Assembly: GCA_964449245.1 (NCBI GenBank)
Contig: CAYUXY010000002.1
Span: 39,463-103,462, forward strand
Length of the DNA stretch: 64,000 nt
Origin: an uncultured Candidatus Saccharibacteria bacterium
GTDB lineage: Bacteria > Patescibacteriota > Minisyncoccia > UBA6257 > GWB1-50-10
Direction: 5' to 3'
Shown piece after piece: positions 33,409 through 42,235 of the stretch. The position numbers and the translations under genes were made by a program. The notes beneath the pieces were generated by a model. It ran no database searches and was not told the origin of the DNA. It worked only from the letters and a program-made list of their open reading frames with translations. Numbering within the stretch: position 1 is the stretch's first letter; every line of letters begins with the position of its first letter.

Positions 33409-33456
33409 GGCATATAAAAACAGCAAGCTCTCGTGAACGTGTTTCGTTTACGAGAG

Positions 33457-33786
33457 CTATTTTTTTACAGACGACCGAAGCGGGGCGAAAATCCGCGTCC
33501 CTCGCCGGAAAACAGACGCCATTCCATAACTACTGGTATCGATTTCCCATTGCAAAGCTCCTCCAATCCACCTCAGCAATACGACAATTATATCTCCGTC
33601 TGTGTTAACGAAGAATACATTGTCTCTTTTTAAGAACTGCATTCTTTTTTTAATAAATGCAGCTATAACTGCGAAATTATCAAAGACTTTATCCTGCGAG
33701 AAAAAATCTCTGGCAATTTCACTCTTTTGAAGAATAAAGAAAATGAACCCCTCTTCTTCTTCAAAAAGCTCCAATTGCTTTCCCAT
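33457..33786 (-). CDS. Orphan protein with N-terminal QLELF motif, SD-led
   Basis: SD AAAGGAGGTGA 7 nt before ATG; promoter TTGACC-17-TATAAT; hairpin at 33426-33458. Confidence 0.7.
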   Translation of the reverse strand: MGKQLELFEEEEGFIFFILQKSEIARDFFSQDKVFDNFAVIAAFIKKRMQFLKRDNVFFVNTDGDIIVVLLRWIGGALQWEIDTSSYGMASVFRRGTRIFAPLRSSVKK

Positions 33787-33822
33787 CTTTCATTCACCTC
33801 CTTTCAAGGTTATCTGTTGGTT

Positions 33823-33851
33823 ATTATACAATAAAAAACCGCGATGGTCAA
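33823..33851 (-). promoter_or_regulatory. Sigma70 promoter embedded in the prfA terminator hairpin
   Basis: TTGACC-atcgcggttttttattg-TATAAT, overlapping the aaaccgcgat/atcgcggttt stem. Confidence 0.75.
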
Positions 33852-33859
33852 TCGCGGTT

Positions 33860-34597
33860 TTATTTCATTTCTCTCGCAGTCTTAATTATCTTATCCATAT
33901 CCCCCTCTAAGGTCTTCTCCACCCCGTAGAATTTTTTGCCCATTCTGTGATCGGTTATCCTGTCTTCGGGGAAATTATACGTCCTTATCTTTTCCGAACG
34001 GTCTGCGGAGCCTATCTGCTCTTTTCGTATCTGGTCAACGGACCCGACAGCTTGCTCTCGAGTTATCTCAAAAAGTTTTGCTCGGAGTATTTCCATAGCC
34101 TTTTCCCTGTTTGCGTGCTGTGTCCTTTCCTCTCGCGAAGAAATGACTATTCCTGTGGGCTTATGGGTAATCCGCACGGCAGTTTCAACTTTATTTACAT
34201 TTTGCCCTCCGGGACCGCCTGAACGGCAAAAAGTTATTTCCAAATCGCTTTCTTTTATATCAACCTCCTTTGCTTCCACGATAGGCAAAATGGCAACGGA
34301 CGCCGTTGATGTGTGAATCCTTCCCTGACGTTCCGTAACAGGCACGCGCTGAACGCGGTGAACTCCTGATTCCTGTTTCATATCGTTATATACCCCCTCG
34401 CCTTTTATTTCTGCGACAAAGGTTTTATACCCCTGCGCGCCGGATTCGGACGCGTCAACTATACCAAATCCCCATCCGCGCTTTACGGCATATCTCTGAT
34501 ACATTCTCGCCAAATCTCCGGCAAAAATCGACGCCTCATCTCCACCCGCCCCGGCTCTGATTTCAACAATAATCTTTTTTATATTTTCAACATTCAT
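33860..34597 (-). CDS. prfA: Peptide chain release factor 1 lacking N-terminal domain 1
   Basis: [17 protein letters not shown] (PxT), [17 protein letters not shown]. Confidence 0.93.
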   Translation of the reverse strand: MNVENIKKIIVEIRAGAGGDEASIFAGDLARMYQRYAVKRGWGFGIVDASESGAQGYKTFVAEIKGEGVYNDMKQESGVHRVQRVPVTERQGRIHTSTASVAILPIVEAKEVDIKESDLEITFCRSGGPGGQNVNKVETAVRITHKPTGIVISSREERTQHANREKAMEILRAKLFEITREQAVGSVDQIRKEQIGSADRSEKIRTYNFPEDRITDHRMGKKFYGVEKTLEGDMDKIIKTAREMK

Positions 34598-34831
34598 AAT
34601 ATTTTATTCCATTTTTTTACACACCGGGGCGAGGCTCGCCGAATTGTTTGCTGTAAGCTGGAGGCGGCCCGCCCCGGCCCTGATTTCAACAATAATCTTT
34701 TTTATATTTTCAACATTCATAATATTTTATTCCATTTTTTTACACACCGGGGCGAGGCTCGCCGAATTGTTTGCTGTAAGCTGGAGGCGGCCCGCCCCGG
34801 CCCTGATTTCAACAATAATCTTTTTTATATT
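34545..34831 (-). repeat. 123-bp tandem repeat (x2.3) carrying two 38-codon uORFs that copy the prfA 5' end
   Basis: Units start at 34545, 34668 and 34791; uORFs 34727-34843 and 34604-34720 end in TAA, in frame with prfA. Confidence 0.9.
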
Positions 34832-34910
34832 ATTCGTATCCATATGATTTATAAATCAATAACACTGATGCTGACGTTCACAAGTACAAAAATTATTATC
34901 CAAAAATCCG

Positions 34911-35789
34911 CTAAAGACAAGTTTGTTTAAAAAGGCTGACTCTTTTTAAAATGAGCTCTTCCATATCGGAAACGACTGGGGAAAGCAATTTATAAGGAGC
35001 AACTTCTTGATTTGAATTTGTAAAAGATTTTTCTATGCTATTGCGCCACAAAACACGCAACTCTGTCGAAATATGTATTATTGAAACGCCGGCGGAAATT
35101 GCTTTTTTAAAATCATCATCCGAAATTCCGGAACCGCCGTGCAAAACCAACGGCACGCCTGCCGACGCACGGATTTTTGAGATTCTTTCTATGTCGAGTT
35201 TCGGATTCGGCGAGTTTTTAAGCATACCGTGTAAATTGCCTACCGCCGGAGCGAGCATATCAATCCCCGTCTTTTTTACAAATTCTCTCGCCTCTTCCGG
35301 AGTCGTAAAATGCGCTTCATGAACCGCCACTCCATCTGGAATCTCATCAAGCATCTTTGACGAAGTGCCTATATATCCGAGTTCGGCTTCTAAAATCGGT
35401 TTTTCCCCGAAAGGAGCGCGCTTTTTTAGAACGCGAACGGCTTCCTTTGTCATTCGAATATTTTCACTAAAAGATAGATTGGCTCCGTCAAAAATTATCG
35501 AATCAAATCCGGCCTTCGCCACGCGTTCTACTCCTTCAATCGAACGTGTATGATCGGCGTTTAAAAAAAGTTTTGCTCCGTTTTTGCGATAAATTTTGAC
35601 GAGAGATGCTATTTCACTGACCCCAATAAAATCCCGCTCGCTTTCGGAAACGCCTACAATAATAGGAAAATTCAATTTCACTGATACATTCGCGATAGCC
35701 TTAATCTGTTCAAGCGTTGAAACATTAAAATGCCCTATGGCAATTTTTTGCCTCTCCGCATTTTTTATTGTTTTTAATAATGATTCCAT
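34911..35789 (-). CDS. fba: Class II fructose-bisphosphate aldolase
   Basis: NADH, EAELG, AVGNLHG, LVLHGGSG. Confidence 0.95.
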   Translation of the reverse strand: MESLLKTIKNAERQKIAIGHFNVSTLEQIKAIANVSVKLNFPIIVGVSESERDFIGVSEIASLVKIYRKNGAKLFLNADHTRSIEGVERVAKAGFDSIIFDGANLSFSENIRMTKEAVRVLKKRAPFGEKPILEAELGYIGTSSKMLDEIPDGVAVHEAHFTTPEEAREFVKKTGIDMLAPAVGNLHGMLKNSPNPKLDIERISKIRASAGVPLVLHGGSGISDDDFKKAISAGVSIIHISTELRVLWRNSIEKSFTNSNQEVAPYKLLSPVVSDMEELILKRVSLFKQTCL

Positions 35790-35819
35790 ATTTTTATTAT
35801 ATCAGCATCGCACCACTTT

Positions 35820-35947
35820 ATTCGTATCATTCGAATGCATTAGTATATTAGCATCGCACTTATTCTATTCGTATCATTCGTATAAATTCGTATATTAGCA
35901 TTGTGTCTATTCATTCGTATCATTCGCATAAATTCGTATATTAGTAT
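35820..35947. repeat. Three 35-bp units of (ATTCGTAT/ATTAGYAT) 8-9-mers (H block)
   Basis: Units at 35820-35854, 35867-35901 and 35913-35947. Confidence 0.85.
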
Positions 35948-35957
35948 TATACCTATC

Positions 35958-37211
35958 TTACATTTCAAAATATCCCTTTAATAAATAATCTTTCATATAC
36001 CGTTCGAGTTCTTCTTCGCTAAAATATTCCATAAATATTTTGTTCCACAATGCCTCACCATGATGATAAAGATATTTTATAAGCTCCTTCTGTTTTACAA
36101 GAGACATTACGGTATCGACAAGATTAAAACTTACAAGCGCATCTTTCTCCTTATTGGAGCTGAAATACCCGCCAACCCAGTCGAGATCCGCCCAAAATTC
36201 AAGATCGTCTCCAAGACCATCTATGCTGTTTCCAAATGCAATCAGATCCTTCTCCGCTCTCATCCAATGAAGCGCCTCCGGATTCACGCGCGGTACAAAA
36301 AGTCGCGGGTCATTTTCGTCATCTTTGGCGAGATATCTTTGAACGACGAGCCATACGGATTTTTCCCCGTTTTGAGTATGCATTTCCGGAACATCTCCGC
36401 GGAGAAGCGACACGAAGTTTGAAGAAAAAGTCGCGGGAACTTTGGCAATTTCTCTGAATATGTCGGAATAAAACGGCACCTCGTGAATATAGTGAAATAT
36501 CAAACTGATCATTCTCAAAAGCTCGCCGGAAATACCGAGCGAAACCGGAATAATAAAAATCACTCCCATTTCTTTTAAATGGCTGATATTGTGCCATTTT
36601 TTCTTTACAAATTTCTCCGCTACGCCATTCCATTTTGAAGGTATGGCAAGCGCACGCACTTCACGTTCTTCAAAGTCGTCCGGAGAAAGAGATTCATATT
36701 GCTTAAAAAAAACGCCGTTAAGCCACTCCGCGCTTTCAATAAAGCGAAGCGCGCTCATTATTTCAAACAAGTCTTCTCTGCATAACATTTCATCAACCGA
36801 ATCATATCCAAGAAATTTCATAATTTCCTTCGGGGGTTCGTTGCGCAAAAATTCTCGGGCCTTCTCTTCTTTGATAAAAAATCCTTTTGGATTGCCGGCG
36901 ACATCAAGCGCGCGTTTAAGCAAATGAGAACAATCTTCGCAGTCTCCGGATTTTGGAAAGTTCAGAGCTTCGGAGATTTTTTTATCGTCAGCGTCTATCT
37001 TTGAAATAAGCGCGTTATATATGCTATGGGCATCCGCAGAAAAAGAGAGTCCCAATGCGGACAGCCTGTCAGCCATTTTTGCATCGTTATTATCGGCGAT
37101 ATTTTTAAAAATTCCATTTTTACCGGAAATTAAAGAAAGCCTGCGTTCGGCTTTTTCCAAAAAAGATTTGTCCGTTCTTAAAATTTTCGCAAGCTTTTCA
37201 ATATGATCCAT
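35958..37211 (-). CDS. Hypothetical protein in the pfkB-fba operon
   Basis: 417-aa ORF, co-oriented and closely spaced; HNISHLKE and HYIHE motifs suggest possible metal binding. Confidence 0.75.
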   Translation of the reverse strand: MDHIEKLAKILRTDKSFLEKAERRLSLISGKNGIFKNIADNNDAKMADRLSALGLSFSADAHSIYNALISKIDADDKKISEALNFPKSGDCEDCSHLLKRALDVAGNPKGFFIKEEKAREFLRNEPPKEIMKFLGYDSVDEMLCREDLFEIMSALRFIESAEWLNGVFFKQYESLSPDDFEEREVRALAIPSKWNGVAEKFVKKKWHNISHLKEMGVIFIIPVSLGISGELLRMISLIFHYIHEVPFYSDIFREIAKVPATFSSNFVSLLRGDVPEMHTQNGEKSVWLVVQRYLAKDDENDPRLFVPRVNPEALHWMRAEKDLIAFGNSIDGLGDDLEFWADLDWVGGYFSSNKEKDALVSFNLVDTVMSLVKQKELIKYLYHHGEALWNKIFMEYFSEEELERYMKDYLLKGYFEM

Positions 37212-37223
37212 ACTTCAGAACGT

Positions 37224-38228
37224 CTATACTGATTCGATATCCGAATCAAGCTCCTGCCATCTCGGTTTTTCGATATCACGCGCAGTAAGCGCGCCTTCCG
37301 TAGCTCCGAAGTGCTCGATTACCGACGTAGCGTTTGCAGACCCGACGCGTAGCGCGTATCCGATATCGTTTTTCCTGATAAGTCCGGCAATAAATCCGGA
37401 AGCGAACGCGTCTCCGGCGCCCGTCCTGTCAACAACTTTCTTTTCCTGAAATATTCCTGCGCGATAAATATATTCTCCGTCAGAGGCGGATACTCCGTTT
37501 TTCCCATCGGTCATAACGGCAATGCCGTCTACAATATGGTCGAATTCTTTAAAAATTTTCTTTTCGTCTCGGCGCGGAATGCCGGTTAAGATCGACGCCT
37601 CATCGCGGTTTAATATGACAACGCCTACCATTCCGAAAAGCTGTTCGATGTCGGCTTTCTTCAATTTTAAATATGATGCGGATGGATTAATGGCAACACG
37701 CGTTCCTGATTTTTTAAACTTTGAAACGATTTCTTTCATCGCGCTTATTGGAATATCACCCGTTGAAATATACGCCCAATCGGCGCGCATCTTGGGAAAT
37801 GTAATATTCTTTTCGCGTATATCGCTTCCTCCTGCGCGATATGTAAAAATAGCCCGTTCCCCGTCCGGAAAAACGAGCGTAACGGAATAACCCGTGCCAA
37901 GCTTTTTGTCTATTTCAATAAAGGCGCTGATGTTTTCGGATTTCAGGCTTGATAATATTTCCCTGCCGGCGACATCGTCCCCCAAGACACCCGCTATTCC
38001 GGTTTTAAAGCCCTGCCGAGCAAATGTAATAGCGGTATTGTGCGCCCCGCCTCCGCCTGCAAAAATAGGCCTTTCTATCGAGAGTTTTGAGCCTAACGCA
38101 AAACACCCCGCTTCTGGGGCGTCAATTCCTATCTTCTTTATAAGTCCGGAGTTCGTAACAGTCTTAAACGCCGGAGCCTGAATAAACACTTCCCTGACAA
38201 TCGTCCCGATCGTAATAATATCGAACAT
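37224..38228 (-). CDS. PfkB/ribokinase-family carbohydrate kinase
   Basis: GGGAHNTA, NRDEA, DRTGAGDAFASG. Confidence 0.93.
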   Translation of the reverse strand: MFDIITIGTIVREVFIQAPAFKTVTNSGLIKKIGIDAPEAGCFALGSKLSIERPIFAGGGGAHNTAITFARQGFKTGIAGVLGDDVAGREILSSLKSENISAFIEIDKKLGTGYSVTLVFPDGERAIFTYRAGGSDIREKNITFPKMRADWAYISTGDIPISAMKEIVSKFKKSGTRVAINPSASYLKLKKADIEQLFGMVGVVILNRDEASILTGIPRRDEKKIFKEFDHIVDGIAVMTDGKNGVSASDGEYIYRAGIFQEKKVVDRTGAGDAFASGFIAGLIRKNDIGYALRVGSANATSVIEHFGATEGALTARDIEKPRWQELDSDIESV

Positions 38229-38315
38229 ATGCCTTATATTACCCCAAAAACCATAAAAATTAAAGCACCCGATTATAAACCGGGCGCCTGTTTTGTAAAA
38301 TGTTTTGTCCTTTTA

Positions 38316-38456
38316 TTATCTGAAACGCCATTTGCACTTAACGCCACCGCAACAGTGTTTCTTATGTTTACATTTACATCTTTTTACTGTAGGTGGTTTT
38401 TGATTCGCTTGTTCCACACCTACCACCGCTACGGTTATTCTAGCTTTCTTTTCCAT
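38316..38456 (-). CDS. 46-aa Lys/Cys/His-rich peptide, SD-led
   Basis: MEKKARIT...RCKCKHKKHCCGGVKCKWRFR; SD-like AAAGAGGAA; promoter TTGCAG-17-TATATT; terminator at about 38263-38290. Confidence 0.6.
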   Translation of the reverse strand: MEKKARITVAVVGVEQANQKPPTVKRCKCKHKKHCCGGVKCKWRFR

Positions 38457-38619
38457 ACTATTCCTCTTTCTTATGTAAAAGGACAAAAGTGAATTGAGTT
38501 CACAATATAACACAATCGGGCGCTTTCTGCAAGCGCCTGTGGAAAACTTATATACCGCAATGAAATTATGCAAATAAACAAGAAAAAATCTCCGCAAATG
38601 GGAGATTTATTTCTTCTTG

Positions 38620-38868
38620 AAATATTGTTGTATCCTGTTAATCGTTATTTCTTCTTTTAACTTTTTACTTTTCTCTTTCGTCTTGTTATTTCTCTCATCC
38701 TGTCAAAAGTCTCTTTTTGTTAATCGTTAATCCTATTAATCGTCATTTGTTCTTTTATCTTTTAACTTCTTTCATTCGATTATTAATTCATTCAATCGAA
38801 ATTCGAAATTAGATAAATCGAAATTTACCGTATTTTTTTCTACATACTATATACAATATTCTATATAC
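38620..38868. repeat. Composite spacer D-B-D-B-A-C
   Basis: A core 38789-38826; C box catactatatacaatattctatatac 38843-38868 contains the Nudix stop codon. Confidence 0.85.
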
Positions 38869-39331
38869 TCATCTTTTCTTCTTCCAACGTATGTTCCAGC
38901 ACTACATCATCATCGCCAAACAAAAATTTGCCTCTAAATTTCTTTCCCGCGAGAAAAAGCGACATCCAATATATATCGCTCGGCCACATATCGGAAAATG
39001 GAATTTCCGCAATATTAAACCATTTTGGCGCCATTTCGTCAGATTCAACCGGCTCGCCCTCAAATTTGTCCGAATAAAAGATGTGCATCTCGAGAGTTTC
39101 CCCTTCTCTATTTTTTGATTCGAATTCAAGCACTCCTCGTTTTTCATAAGATAAAATCTTTATTCCGGATTCTTCAAGCATCTCGCGGACACACGTTTCT
39201 TCAACTGTTTCGTTTTCCTCTACCTTTCCGCCAAATCCATTCCACCTGCCAGCGCCGAAACGGACCTTTTTCATCCCGAGTAAAATTTCATTACCCCGCC
39301 TGATTAGACACAATGTAAAAACTTTTTTCAT
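38861..39331 (-). CDS. Nudix hydrolase, MTH1/8-oxo-dGTPase-like
   Basis: GRWNGFGGKVEENETVEETCVREMLEESG; ESDEMAPKWF; MWPSD. Confidence 0.9.
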   Translation of the reverse strand: MKKVFTLCLIRRGNEILLGMKKVRFGAGRWNGFGGKVEENETVEETCVREMLEESGIKILSYEKRGVLEFESKNREGETLEMHIFYSDKFEGEPVESDEMAPKWFNIAEIPFSDMWPSDIYWMSLFLAGKKFRGKFLFGDDDVVLEHTLEEEKMSI

Positions 39332-39555
39332 ATTAGTATTTCGTATTTTTGTCTTTCTTCTTTTCTCTTTTAACTTACGTATTTAGAAATTTGCATTTTT
39401 ACTTTAAACTTTCATCTTTTCTCCCTACGGGAGATCTGCCGTAGGCAGACAACTTTATATTTCTCCCATTCAATCATTAATACATTCAATCGAAATTCGA
39501 AATTAAGTAATTAGAAATTATTTCTCCTGCATACTATATACAACATTCTATATAC
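39322..39555. repeat. Composite spacer G-B-[F]-A-C
   Basis: G 39322-39356 equals 40993-41027; F 39420-39449; A core 39483-39520; C 39530-39555. Confidence 0.88.
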
Positions 39556-39558
39556 CAT

Positions 39559-40074
39559 TTACTTTCTTTTGAATATACCTACGGCTATTCCTATCTCCTC
39601 CTGAATTCCCTTAACACAATCGTAGTTTTTAATCTCTTCTTCATTTACCCACGCGAAATCGGTAAATGCGCCCTCTTCAGGGCGAACTTCGCCGGATTTG
39701 TATTTCACAGCAAGTTTTATAAGAACTACAGGAATCCCGTCAGGACGCACAAACGCAACGCTATTTATATAAACAAACTCGTCTTTTATCTCCACTCCTG
39801 CCTCTTCCTTTATTTCTCGTTTCAAAAGTTCTTCGACGGCGTTTTCAAAATCAAAAACATCGCCATTCATTCTCGTTGGCTTCGATAAATCAAGGTCTTT
39901 CCACTCAAGCTTTCCGCCCGGAACACAATATTTCCCCGGATGCACTTTTTCCGTTTCGCTTCTTTTTAAAATCAAACTTCTCCCGTCGCTCTCACGATAA
40001 ATAACCGCGTTTGCGACGAAATAAAAAAGTTTATTTTCTTTTGCGTTTTCAAGACTTATTTTCTCTACCGTCAT
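39559..40074 (-). CDS. Nudix hydrolase
   Basis: PGGKLEW...LKREIKEEAG, with an insertion inside the Nudix box. Confidence 0.85.
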   Translation of the reverse strand: MTVEKISLENAKENKLFYFVANAVIYRESDGRSLILKRSETEKVHPGKYCVPGGKLEWKDLDLSKPTRMNGDVFDFENAVEELLKREIKEEAGVEIKDEFVYINSVAFVRPDGIPVVLIKLAVKYKSGEVRPEEGAFTDFAWVNEEEIKNYDCVKGIQEEIGIAVGIFKRK

Positions 40075-40088
40075 AGTTTTAAAATTAT

Positions 40089-40538
40089 TTATGGAATATA
40101 AAATAAATTTTTCTTATAGTTTTCAACCATCATTGCACTCGGAAAATACATAGGGCTTGGCAAATCGTCAACATCAAACCAACACCATTCGACTATCTCA
40201 TCCGGTTCCATAATTTGTGGCTCTCCGGAGAATTTATCCGAAAAAAGTCCTACGGTCACAAAATGCGCGTGTTCATTTTTGCAATTATTCACGCAAAACA
40301 CTTTTATTTCATCCAAATGAAGTCCTGTTTCTTCGAGCACTTCACGTTTAGCTCCGTCTTCGAAAGATTCGCCAAAATCCATCTTCCCGCCGGGCATTGT
40401 CCACGTTCCTTCTCCTCGCAACTCCGAGCTCGCCTTTTCGGCGTCAGAATGACGCCTTCCGAGCAATATTTTCCCGTCACGCATTACCATAACACCAAAC
40501 CCAGCTTTTACTATTTTCTTTTGTATTTCATTATCCAT
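40089..40538 (-). CDS. Nudix hydrolase (NUDT15-like)
   Basis: PGGKMDFGESFEDGAKREVLEETG; HFVTV; EPQIMEP. Confidence 0.9.
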   Translation of the reverse strand: MDNEIQKKIVKAGFGVMVMRDGKILLGRRHSDAEKASSELRGEGTWTMPGGKMDFGESFEDGAKREVLEETGLHLDEIKVFCVNNCKNEHAHFVTVGLFSDKFSGEPQIMEPDEIVEWCWFDVDDLPSPMYFPSAMMVENYKKNLFYIP

Positions 40539-40573
40539 AAGACTATTATTTTATATTTAAAAATAACCCGCCA

Positions 40574-41002
40574 CTATATTTTATCTTTATATAATTCGAA
40601 AAACTTGGGCAATTGGGAATGTAACGGTGTTGGTAGCGTGTCAAAGGTGAACCATTTTACATCTTCAAATTTATGAGGCTCTCCATTTTTTACCTTCTCT
40701 CTGTTGATAAACACCTTAAAATCAAGCGCTATCCAGTGAGTCCTCTTGCCATCGTGCTCCCTATGAACATCCCTATATCCCAAAAATTCGTAATCTAAAA
40801 CATCCGTGCAATATTCTTCTTTAATTTCTTTTTTTAATGTATTTTCGACGGTATCACCAAACTCAAGCGCGCCAGCTCCTATATCCCATGCATTATGCTC
40901 ATCACGACAATTTGCGCTTCTTTTTGCCAACAACACATTTGCCTTTCCGTCATGACAAAGATATACAACAGTTACTCCGGTATAGTCTTCTCCTTTTTTC
41001 AT
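40574..41002 (-). CDS. Nudix hydrolase
   Basis: GALEFGDTVENTLKKEIKEEY; NGEPHKF. Confidence 0.85.
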   Translation of the reverse strand: MKKGEDYTGVTVVYLCHDGKANVLLAKRSANCRDEHNAWDIGAGALEFGDTVENTLKKEIKEEYCTDVLDYEFLGYRDVHREHDGKRTHWIALDFKVFINREKVKNGEPHKFEDVKWFTFDTLPTPLHSQLPKFFELYKDKI

Positions 41003-41191
41003 ATTAGTATTTCGTATTTTTGTCTTTTGTATATTGTTTTATTATTTTGTTAACAGTCGATTGTTGTTAATCGTCATCCTGTTAATAGTTATTTAACTTC
41101 CTTCATTTAATCATTAACTCATTCAATCGAAATTCGAAATTAGGTAAATCGAAATTTGCATTACTTTCTACTTTATAAACTTTTAACTTTC
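40993..41191. repeat. Composite spacer G-D-A-B
   Basis: A core 41120-41157; 49-bp identity with 24378-24426. Confidence 0.88.
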
Positions 41192-41413
41192 TTCTCCTAT
41201 ATATTCAAACCTCGGCATCTTTTTCCCGTCAATTTCAACGTCTTCCATAAACATATCAAGTGGCCTGACCCACATAGTATTTGCACCCTTACCCTTAATA
41301 GGATCCTCGTGAATATATACCGCCATCTTCTCCATAGTTTCGCTATGTAACGCGACACCAATCAATTCAACAATCATTCCTTTATAGTGCCTGTATTTTC
41401 CCAATTTGAGCAT
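41183..41413 (-). CDS. DUF1653-family protein
   Basis: GKYRHYKG, ALHSET, WVRPLDMF, PRF. Confidence 0.9.
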   Translation of the reverse strand: MLKLGKYRHYKGMIVELIGVALHSETMEKMAVYIHEDPIKGKGANTMWVRPLDMFMEDVEIDGKKMPRFEYIGEES

Positions 41414-41482
41414 AATATTATTTTTTACATTTAATAGTGCCTCGCCTAAGTTTTATTATACTACTATGATATTGATTCAGAA

Positions 41483-41944
41483 TTATTTCTGGCCATAAAA
41501 TCTTTCGTGCAATTCCGGACATTCATTCTTAAAAATTTCCTCCATTGGATCTTTCTTTTTCACTTGCTTAAATTGAATGCCTCTTTTTGACCCGCCTTTC
41601 ACTCTCAAAATAAAACTACTGACTAATTTAGAGCACTCGGTTGCTAAATTATTTAAATGCTTAAATGTTTCAATACTTAAATAACCGACATCTAACGCCG
41701 CATACAACTGCGCGCGAACTTCACCAGCCGACCCTTTTGCAATATATAAATAGTTGATAAATCCAGCCGTAGTTCCGCTTTCAAATCCCTCTGCGATATT
41801 ACTCATCACCGAAACCGACGCTCTCTGAATTTGGTCTTTAAAACCCGCGTCATTACAATTTTTGAAAGCATTATAGACATCGCGGGTTAATTCTCTGGAT
41901 TTTTGCCAACAAATAAGGTCTTCAAATTTTTCAATCGTTGCCAT
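41483..41944 (-). CDS. Four-helix-bundle protein (23S rRNA IVS protein / Avd-like family)
   Basis: FEDLICWQKS, DQIQRASVSVMSNIAEG, IAKGSAGEVRAQL. Confidence 0.93.
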   Translation of the reverse strand: MATIEKFEDLICWQKSRELTRDVYNAFKNCNDAGFKDQIQRASVSVMSNIAEGFESGTTAGFINYLYIAKGSAGEVRAQLYAALDVGYLSIETFKHLNNLATECSKLVSSFILRVKGGSKRGIQFKQVKKKDPMEEIFKNECPELHERFYGQK

Positions 41945-41950
41945 ATTAGC

Positions 41951-42178
41951 TTAATCTTGTATTGATATCTCTATCTTTTGCAACACCTCTTGAATTCTTT
42001 GCCACTGCCACAATGGCATACCATTTTTCCATTCAAATAATTTTTCTAAATCATTGGGATTTAATGGCCTATTCATTGGTAATATATGCGGGAAATAATA
42101 TTTTTCGTCAAGATTTTTAGAGTCATTATAAAACTGCGACCAAAATCTAATAAACTCGCACAAATTTAATTTATCCAT
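41951..42178 (-). CDS. Hypothetical protein, possibly a gene fragment
   Basis: 75-aa ORF between secA and the four-helix-bundle gene. Confidence 0.45.
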   Translation of the reverse strand: MDKLNLCEFIRFWSQFYNDSKNLDEKYYFPHILPMNRPLNPNDLEKLFEWKNGMPLWQWQRIQEVLQKIEISIQD

Positions 42179-42207
42179 ATATTTACTTCTCCCATGACAT
42201 TGTTTTA

Positions 42208-42229
42208 CCCTTCGACAGGCTCAGGACAA
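42208..42229. repeat. REP-like motif CCCTTCGACAGGCTCAGGACAA
   Basis: Resembles the CTTCGACAGGCTCAG short repeats recalled from many bacterial genomes; single copy here. Confidence 0.45.
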
Positions 42230-42235
42230 ACGTCG

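Noticed and set aside
35820-35947. Three 35-bp repeats as a CRISPR array
   Set aside because: Spacers are only 11-12 nt, the repeats are degenerate and internally periodic, and there are no cas genes; treated as the H block.
41483-41944. Diversity-generating retroelement based on the Avd-like gene
   Set aside because: No reverse transcriptase and no TR/VR pair with adenine-specific mismatches seen in the window.
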